Positions 57,887-64,000 of a stretch of DNA of 64,000 bases are shown piece after piece. The stretch lies in IMG/VR virus record IMGVR_UViG_3300044805_000534. One strand, given 5' to 3'. Under the pieces are notes generated by a model. The model was not told the DNA's origin. It saw only the letters and a program-made list of their open reading frames with translations, and made no database searches. Each line of letters begins with the position of its first letter. Within the stretch, counting starts at the first letter, position 1. Source of the DNA: an uncultured virus (IMG/VR IMGVR_UViG_3300044805_000534) (Duplodnaviria; Heunggongvirae; Uroviricota; Caudoviricetes). Position numbers and translations under genes: made by a program.

Positions 57887-59197
57887 ATGATACTAGACAT
57901 TAAAAACAGGGAACAGGTAGAATCCGCACAATTTGTGCTTACAGTTGATTTCTTTTCAAATAAATCAATTCAGCAGCTTGCAGAAAAAGCCAAATCTGCA
58001 CTACACAGAGAAATTGAGGTTGGCGCAACTAAAGATGCTTGGAAACCTTTACAGGAAAATGGAGCAAGACTAACCAATCTCTATAATAACGGATTTAAAA
58101 TGAAGCGAATGACAATTGGCCCAGTCTATTATTATGAAGGAGTCAATGCTCTTCTTAAATCATTTAAGTTTATTGAAGATAACGGGTACACTAACGAATT
58201 GTGTAAAGTTAAAATTGATTTAGGTTTCTCTAAAATGAATGAAGGAGCAAGAATTCCTCAGCTAAATAAATTTAAATTTTTACTTAATTTTAATGAAGCT
58301 AAAGCCTTTGAATTATGGCCACAGGAGATTCGCTCAAGTAAAATCTATAAACACTCTATAAATTTAATATACCCAAAAAATAAATTTATAGCCGAGGCTG
58401 CGGTGCCGTCTGGCAGCTATTCTTCACAAATGGAATTTAGCTTTCCCAGATCAAAACAGTTTGGAATTAATTTCGACAGAATTAGTGAAGGTTTTGTAAC
58501 TATAAAGTATATTGGTGGAAAGGATTACGAAAAGAGAAATACCCAAGCCGTTGAATTATTAAACCTGGTAATAGAGTCTCTTTTTTCAACCTTAAAATCA
58601 AATTCAATCTATTCAGATAGAGATCGCGAAAAAATTAAAGAGATCTTAACCGAACAAAAGTCACACTTAACTGCCTTGAAATCTTATGCAACCTTTGAAA
58701 CTAAATTTCCACTTATTAAATTATCAATGGATCTAGATTCAAGGCCAGAAATACTTGGTGCTAAGTTTAATCTGGTTAGGGAAAAACTTTTTGACCTGGT
58801 AACATATGGCGGACTTGTTAGAGGCCGTGTAAATTATAATTCAGAAACAAATCAAGTTGAAGTTTTAGAAGGTCGAATAAAAAATGGTTTTAATCTATCA
58901 AATATTATTTTTATGGAGTCTTCAATTCAAGCTGAACTTTCTGACTGTACACTAGTCAACTGTAAAGTTAGAAGTTCTAGACTTTTAGAGTGTACAATTT
59001 TTGATAAAAATGATATTAGATACTCAACTCTATCTAATTGCAACTTTAACCAATCTGGCGTTAATACAATTCAGCAATCAACAATTAAAGGTCAACCAAA
59101 CATGCAAGTTTCAGCGGATTTAACTGAGTGTCTTGTTGTAGGATCACCACTTTCATACCACGCAACTAAAGATTCTAAGACTGAGATTGCTCTTTAA
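57887..59197 (+). CDS. Amidoligase-like (COOH-NH2 ligase fold) protein, apparently degenerate, with beta-helix-like tail
   Basis: GP..Y, NGYTNELC, K.FGINF, KYIGGKDYE; C-terminal 5-residue periodicity (LSDCT LVNCK VRSSR LLECT). Confidence 0.5.
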   Translation: MILDIKNREQVESAQFVLTVDFFSNKSIQQLAEKAKSALHREIEVGATKDAWKPLQENGARLTNLYNNGFKMKRMTIGPVYYYEGVNALLKSFKFIEDNGYTNELCKVKIDLGFSKMNEGARIPQLNKFKFLLNFNEAKAFELWPQEIRSSKIYKHSINLIYPKNKFIAEAAVPSGSYSSQMEFSFPRSKQFGINFDRISEGFVTIKYIGGKDYEKRNTQAVELLNLVIESLFSTLKSNSIYSDRDREKIKEILTEQKSHLTALKSYATFETKFPLIKLSMDLDSRPEILGAKFNLVREKLFDLVTYGGLVRGRVNYNSETNQVEVLEGRIKNGFNLSNIIFMESSIQAELSDCTLVNCKVRSSRLLECTIFDKNDIRYSTLSNCNFNQSGVNTIQQSTIKGQPNMQVSADLTECLVVGSPLSYHATKDSKTEIAL

Positions 59198-59216
59198 GCA
59201 AATCCAGTTTGGGATA

Positions 59217-59224
59217 ATAAATAA
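59217..59224 (+). promoter_or_regulatory. Putative late promoter (ATAAATAA)
   Basis: 19 nt before the ATG; flanked by CCAGTT/AACTGG. Confidence 0.65.
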
Positions 59225-59243
59225 CTAAAACAACTGGGCCTAG

Positions 59244-61475
59244 ATGGGAGTCTATTCTAACTTAACAAACATTACCGATTTATCTGATTCAAGCTTAAGC
59301 TCGAGTATATCGACGTCTAACCAGAATTTTGATAACTTACAGGCGGCTATCCAAGCGTTTTTAACTGCAATCTCATTTGATGAGACCAATAACAATATTT
59401 CGGTTAACCAGATTGCAGCAGTTGGTATTACAGCAAGTTCTACTATCAGGGTCGTACAAAACGGCTCTATTAAAATGCAGGTCGATGCAGATGGCGTATT
59501 AACAACCCAATCTGCCCTTGCTAACCTATTTCAAACACCTTTACTTAGATTACAGGATAATACTGGTAAGCTCAGTGCAGCCGGTCTTATTGGAGATGTT
59601 ATCTATGCAAATAATACCGCTCCAGCTGGAGAGGGATTTTATGGATATACTCAAAATAACGGTTGGGTAAAACTATCTAGCGGCCAAGCCGCAAGCGGCC
59701 CAGTCGGAACAGCTTTTACTGGAATTGCAAATTCTCAAGGAACTGTAATATTTGGTGCAAGTAGTGCAACTGATACCCTTGGTTTTGAGGGTCAGGGTGG
59801 AACCACAGTAAGTCTAGATGCCGTAACCAAGCGGGTTATAATTAGCTCAGCAAATGTTTCAACTAATTCGTTTAGTCAAATTGCAAATGCACTTGGTAAT
59901 ATTCAATTAAGTGCAAGCGGTCCACAAAGTACATTTAGAATTGAAGGTACTGGTGATACTACTGTTGCATTTAATGGTGCAACCAATAAGGTAACTATTA
60001 ACTCGCCTGTTCAAACTCCAGGTTTTTCTAAAATTGCAAGCGCAAGCGGCGCAATTCAATTTGAAGCTGCTTCTATTAATGATATAATCAGAATTGCTGG
60101 AGAGGGTGGAATTAATATTAATTTTAATTCAACTACAAAACAGGTTTCAATTGGAATTGATACTGAGGCCCTTAATTCAGTTTCAGCCTTTACTATAAGT
60201 AATGATGGAACCGATATTGCATCAACCGAGCCTGCAACGATCTTAACTAAAATGGAGCAACTTGATTTCAAGGAAGGTCCAGCTAATTTAAGTTCATCAA
60301 TTTTAGCAGTAGCTGATCCATCTAGCGATAAGGTAACTGTTTTTGTAAGACCGATTTCGCCACCTACATTTTCAGCAGACGTTTTTGTAAGTTTACCAAA
60401 TGGTAAAACAGTTGGACGATTTATATCTGGCGACACAATTCCCGCAGCGGGTAAAACTGCTGAAGAGGTGTTTAACCTTATTGCACAGGAACCAATTGCT
60501 CCTACCGTGTCCCTAAGTTCCTCTACCAGTATCTTATTTAATCAAACTGCAATTTCAAACGTGCTAGTCTTTGCTAAAACCATTAATACACTTGGTGCAA
60601 CTACGGCAACTGCTGTTTTACAGTGGAGACGTAATAATTCTGGTACATGGACTACCTTAACGTCAACTACGGGTGCAACTACATATACACACACTCTAAC
60701 AGATTCGGCTTTTAATACTCAACCTTTTAATTATCAATATATCGTAACAGATAGTGCTGGAGCTACCGCAACTGCAACTTTAACAATTACTCCGCAATCT
60801 TATCAATCACCAAGTATTTCATTTAGCGCGCCAGCTTCGACTCTTTCACTATCAATTGAAAGTAATCAAATTAGAGAACGCGGTAATACCTCATCTGTTT
60901 TACAGGGATCTACTTCCAGAAACCGACTATATGTTCCAATTAGTGGATTCCAATATGCAGTTTCATTTAATGGTGGATCTTACACAAATATCGGAACAGC
61001 TGGATCCCTAGTGGCAGCCGGCGGATCATTTACTAACTTTACTGATACGTCAATTACATCATCAGCAACTAGCGCAATTTATCGAGTTTCTGTTACAGAT
61101 TCTTATACAACTGCAACTGCTTCATATAACATAACTTACAAATACGTGGTATTCTATGGACCTAGTGCAAGCGCGCCATCTAATTCAGCTGGAGTTAGAG
61201 CCTTATCTGGCAAAAGATTTACTGATGCTGGTAATACATTTACCCTAAATACAGGAGCAGCTCAAACAATATTTACAGTAGCCATTCCTGCAACAATGTC
61301 CCTAACTCAAGTATTAGACCTAGATGCACTAAACGCAAATATCACAGCAAATTATACACTTTCAACATTTAATGTTAATGATGGAGGAGGAACACCGGTT
61401 GCATATAAAATATACACGCTGACCAATGCTATTCCATATAGTGCAGATCACCGTCACCAAATAACTATCGCATAA
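59244..61475 (+). CDS. Fibre-like virion protein with three tandem ~50-aa repeats and Ig-like C-terminal domains
   Basis: N-terminal NQNF anchor motif; repeats F..IA...G...F.A....D...I.G.GG at ~59709-60160. Confidence 0.6.
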   Translation: MGVYSNLTNITDLSDSSLSSSISTSNQNFDNLQAAIQAFLTAISFDETNNNISVNQIAAVGITASSTIRVVQNGSIKMQVDADGVLTTQSALANLFQTPLLRLQDNTGKLSAAGLIGDVIYANNTAPAGEGFYGYTQNNGWVKLSSGQAASGPVGTAFTGIANSQGTVIFGASSATDTLGFEGQGGTTVSLDAVTKRVIISSANVSTNSFSQIANALGNIQLSASGPQSTFRIEGTGDTTVAFNGATNKVTINSPVQTPGFSKIASASGAIQFEAASINDIIRIAGEGGININFNSTTKQVSIGIDTEALNSVSAFTISNDGTDIASTEPATILTKMEQLDFKEGPANLSSSILAVADPSSDKVTVFVRPISPPTFSADVFVSLPNGKTVGRFISGDTIPAAGKTAEEVFNLIAQEPIAPTVSLSSSTSILFNQTAISNVLVFAKTINTLGATTATAVLQWRRNNSGTWTTLTSTTGATTYTHTLTDSAFNTQPFNYQYIVTDSAGATATATLTITPQSYQSPSISFSAPASTLSLSIESNQIRERGNTSSVLQGSTSRNRLYVPISGFQYAVSFNGGSYTNIGTAGSLVAAGGSFTNFTDTSITSSATSAIYRVSVTDSYTTATASYNITYKYVVFYGPSASAPSNSAGVRALSGKRFTDAGNTFTLNTGAAQTIFTVAIPATMSLTQVLDLDALNANITANYTLSTFNVNDGGGTPVAYKIYTLTNAIPYSADHRHQITIA

Positions 61476-61477
61476 CC

Positions 61478-62404
61478 ATGAGTTTTACACCAGGACTTCA
61501 ATTACCGTATGGTATTACACCAGTTAACCCGGTTCCAGTCGACGGGTACTCTGGGCCATATGCAACAACAACTGAAGCATTAGCTAATATTCCACAAGCT
61601 ATTCGATTCCCAACCATGCAGGTCCGAATCGCCAATGGTGTTGATAACCAAATGTATTGGTTTAAGGACGGAGTATTGGATGCAGATCTTATTGAATTTT
61701 CACCAACCAATGCTAACTTATTAACTTTTGTTGCACATCTTCAAAATACTGCATGGTTAGTTAATGAAGCCGCTGATTTTAATAGTGGTAATAATGCAAA
61801 TCCAACGATTTATGTTTTTAGAGGAAATATTTACAAATTTAAAGTTGCCTCAAGTATAGGTCACACTCTGCAAATCCGAAGTGCAAATGGCACAGCCTAT
61901 TCAGTTGGCATGCCGACTAGCGGTGCCGGTACAAATACTCAAGGTAGCGGCGGCTATATCTTATGGACAGTTCCATTTGACGCGCCAGACGATCTTTTCT
62001 ATGTATGTACAGCTCACCAAAGCGTAATGCGAGGCCATATTCGAGTTATTCCAAGTCTAGTTGCGCCAATTACTCCAAGTGCTGAACAAGGCAATGCTAA
62101 TCAAGTGTCATATACTTCAAATACTGGCAGCTATTCACTAGCATCAAACTCTGCAATTACTAAAGCAATTCATATAGATTCAACTGTGTGTATAAGTATA
62201 AATGGAGTAAGACGACTCTTAACAGATTCAAATACGTCTCCTTTCTTTTTTAGCCGAACTGGTGGTATAAATCAATTATTATTAGCTCAAGTGCAGGCAG
62301 GAGATTCACTTTATACGAGGCCTGCATATTTAGAACATGGATTAGAAACCACTGATCTTATTCTGCTTGAATATTTTAGCGGAGGCACAGTTACGCTTGC
62401 ATAA
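61478..62404 (+). CDS. Virion protein with cupredoxin-like domain
   Basis: NPTIYVFRG.IYKF, GHTL and WTVPFDAPDDLFYVCTAHQSVMRG (His...Cys-x2-His-x3-Met). Confidence 0.6.
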   Translation: MSFTPGLQLPYGITPVNPVPVDGYSGPYATTTEALANIPQAIRFPTMQVRIANGVDNQMYWFKDGVLDADLIEFSPTNANLLTFVAHLQNTAWLVNEAADFNSGNNANPTIYVFRGNIYKFKVASSIGHTLQIRSANGTAYSVGMPTSGAGTNTQGSGGYILWTVPFDAPDDLFYVCTAHQSVMRGHIRVIPSLVAPITPSAEQGNANQVSYTSNTGSYSLASNSAITKAIHIDSTVCISINGVRRLLTDSNTSPFFFSRTGGINQLLLAQVQAGDSLYTRPAYLEHGLETTDLILLEYFSGGTVTLA

Positions 62405-62423
62405 ATTACTGAACAATCAACAA

Positions 62424-62431
62424 ATAAATAA
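62424..62431 (+). promoter_or_regulatory. Putative late promoter (ATAAATAA)
   Basis: AAATAAATAACTTAAA, same as before the sheath gene; 25 nt before the ATG. Confidence 0.65.
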
Positions 62432-62456
62432 CTTAAATAAAAAGACTTTATAAACA

Positions 62457-63923
62457 ATGGCACTAATTAAAGGTAAACAACTACAAGATACGTCAGTTTC
62501 ACTAACTAAGCTGAGCGGCGCAACTGGTTCAGTTACGTTAACTACTGGTACAATTACCACACCTGCTGCAAACTTAGTAATAAGTAGCTTACCAGTATCT
62601 GGAAGTCAAGCCGCAAACAAAGAATATGTCGATTCGGTTGCAACTGGATTAGATATAAAAAAATCAGTAGTGGCAGTTTATCGCACATACGTTGCAGCAG
62701 CAGGCGGTACTCCAGCGATAACTACTAACAGCCAGCTAGACGGGGTCGACGCAGATGACGGTAATGTGTATACAGCGATTACCACACAGGCTGTCATCGG
62801 GTTGCTTGTACTTGACGGTATTACCATTACTGACGGTGATCGTGTCCTAATTGCAATTCAACAAACCGGTGCTCGCCGTAAGGTAAACGGTATTTACGTA
62901 TATCAAGCCGGTCAATTAATTAGATCCGAAGATGCTGATAACGTAACTGCAAATATTGGAGAAGTTTCTGGCGGATTATTTACCTTTGTTGAGCAAGGAA
63001 CAGTATATGGCGACACAGGTTGGGTATTAAGTTCACCGAACGGAGCAATTAGCGGCCAGACTGGAGCTGCTGGTTTATATGACTTTACTAATAACCCAGC
63101 TGGACTGGTTGAACTTGAATTTACTCAATTCTCTGCAGCCGGTGTTGCTGAAGCTGGCGTAGGTTTAACAAGAACTGGTACCAAATTTAATGTAAACTAC
63201 GACGACTCTTCAATTGGTATTGATGCCAATGATGCACTATACGTTAAAGCCAATGGTATTACCAATGCCATGATTTTAAATGAGTTTATTACCTTTGCTG
63301 GAGACTCTGGAAGTAGTAATATTGCACTAGGCGGAACTTTAACAATTGCAGGTGGAACAAACGGAATCGATACAGCATATAGCGCTGGAACCTTAACTAT
63401 TAATTTAGATCTTTCTGAATTAAGTACAGTTTCTACAATTGCAGATTCTGATTTTATTGCTGGTGTAACCGCAAATGGTGCAACCAACCAAAAAATTACA
63501 TTTGCTAATCTTAAAACCTTAATTGGAGCTGCTAGTCAGTTAAGTATCAGCGCCGAAGGTGCTACTGCGTCTAGTTTAGATTTAGATACAGATACTTTAG
63601 ATTTTGCAACTGGTCAAGGTTTAACCTTTGCTGCAACCGGCGGTGCTGCTCCTGGTACAACAAATACACTTACCTTAACCGTTAGTAATAATGCACTAAA
63701 CGTTCACCAAGCAACTTCATATACAACCGCAGCCTCAGGTAATACTGATATTACGATAACAGCTGCTGCCGAGGTATTTTCAGTTACAGTAAACGGAGTA
63801 ATGTTAAAGAAAACTACAAACTGGGTATGGCCACAGGGCGCAAACACAGTAGTTCGAGTAACAGGATTACCTTATGCTCTAGAAGCATCTGATGAAATCG
63901 AAATTACTTATAGAGTAGCTTAA
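62457..63923 (+). CDS. Fibre/decoration protein
   Basis: AANKEYVD, GLDIKKSV, DGITITDGDRVLI...NGIYV, FTFVEQGT..DTGWV: common phage fibre module; own promoter and terminator. Confidence 0.7.
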   Translation: MALIKGKQLQDTSVSLTKLSGATGSVTLTTGTITTPAANLVISSLPVSGSQAANKEYVDSVATGLDIKKSVVAVYRTYVAAAGGTPAITTNSQLDGVDADDGNVYTAITTQAVIGLLVLDGITITDGDRVLIAIQQTGARRKVNGIYVYQAGQLIRSEDADNVTANIGEVSGGLFTFVEQGTVYGDTGWVLSSPNGAISGQTGAAGLYDFTNNPAGLVELEFTQFSAAGVAEAGVGLTRTGTKFNVNYDDSSIGIDANDALYVKANGITNAMILNEFITFAGDSGSSNIALGGTLTIAGGTNGIDTAYSAGTLTINLDLSELSTVSTIADSDFIAGVTANGATNQKITFANLKTLIGAASQLSISAEGATASSLDLDTDTLDFATGQGLTFAATGGAAPGTTNTLTLTVSNNALNVHQATSYTTAASGNTDITITAAAEVFSVTVNGVMLKKTTNWVWPQGANTVVRVTGLPYALEASDEIEITYRVA

Positions 63924-63950
63924 TTTAACTACTAAATATTTTTTTAAATA

Positions 63951-63976
63951 AGAGCCTCCTTTATGGAGGCTTTTTT
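63951..63976 (+). terminator. Rho-independent terminator
   Basis: AGAGCCTCC-TTTAT-GGAGGCTTTTTT after the last gene. Confidence 0.9.
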
Positions 63977-64000
63977 ATTATTCAAAGTCAAAACTTGGAG

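Noticed and set aside
1988..63487. Many 60-180 aa ORFs antisense to or nested in long genes (e.g. 1988-2191, 12613-12963, 16792-17322, 23947-24333, 38557-38985, 53146-53571)
   Set aside because: Fully overlap well-supported genes, have no motifs or expression signals; expected shadow ORFs
1..64000. Stop-codon reassignment, as in some large phages
   Set aside because: Conserved genes are full length under the standard code, coding density is high, and TAA, TGA (e.g. 2088, 4637) and TAG (10356) all end genes at tight junctions

Overview
AT-rich, gene-dense segment of a large T4-related myophage (jumbo-type) genome, read with the standard genetic code. I found no tRNA, rRNA, CRISPR array, integrase, intron or intein. 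Positions ~1.2-31.4 kb are mostly a minus-strand replication, nucleotide and host-takeover region: dCMP deaminase, a thymidylate-synthase-family enzyme carrying the cytosine-specifying Asp of T4 gp42, gp46/gp47 nuclease, gp41 helicase, UvsX, only the N-terminal half of a family B DNA polymerase, dUTPase, GroES, 5'-3' exonuclease, gp32 SSB, NrdAB, a ribosomal-protein-S1-like protein, GroEL and a stand-alone 3'-5' exonuclease. The tail tube and tail sheath genes lie on the + strand, separated by part of this block. After a palindromic intergenic switch at ~31.5 kb, the + strand carries a RuvC-like resolvase, a gp55-like late sigma factor and ~31 kb of baseplate, neck and fibre genes. Most notable: probable cytosine DNA modification; a split DNA polymerase; late-promoter-like TAAATA cores repeatedly enclosed by inverted repeats of unrelated sequence; phage S1 plus GroEL/GroES; several apparently catalytically eroded enzyme folds (SET, Nudix, amidoligase); and virion proteins with TSP1-like, cupredoxin-like and gene-boundary-split Ig domains. 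A Bacteroidota host is inferred, not shown. All family assignments are motif recognition by eye, without database searches.
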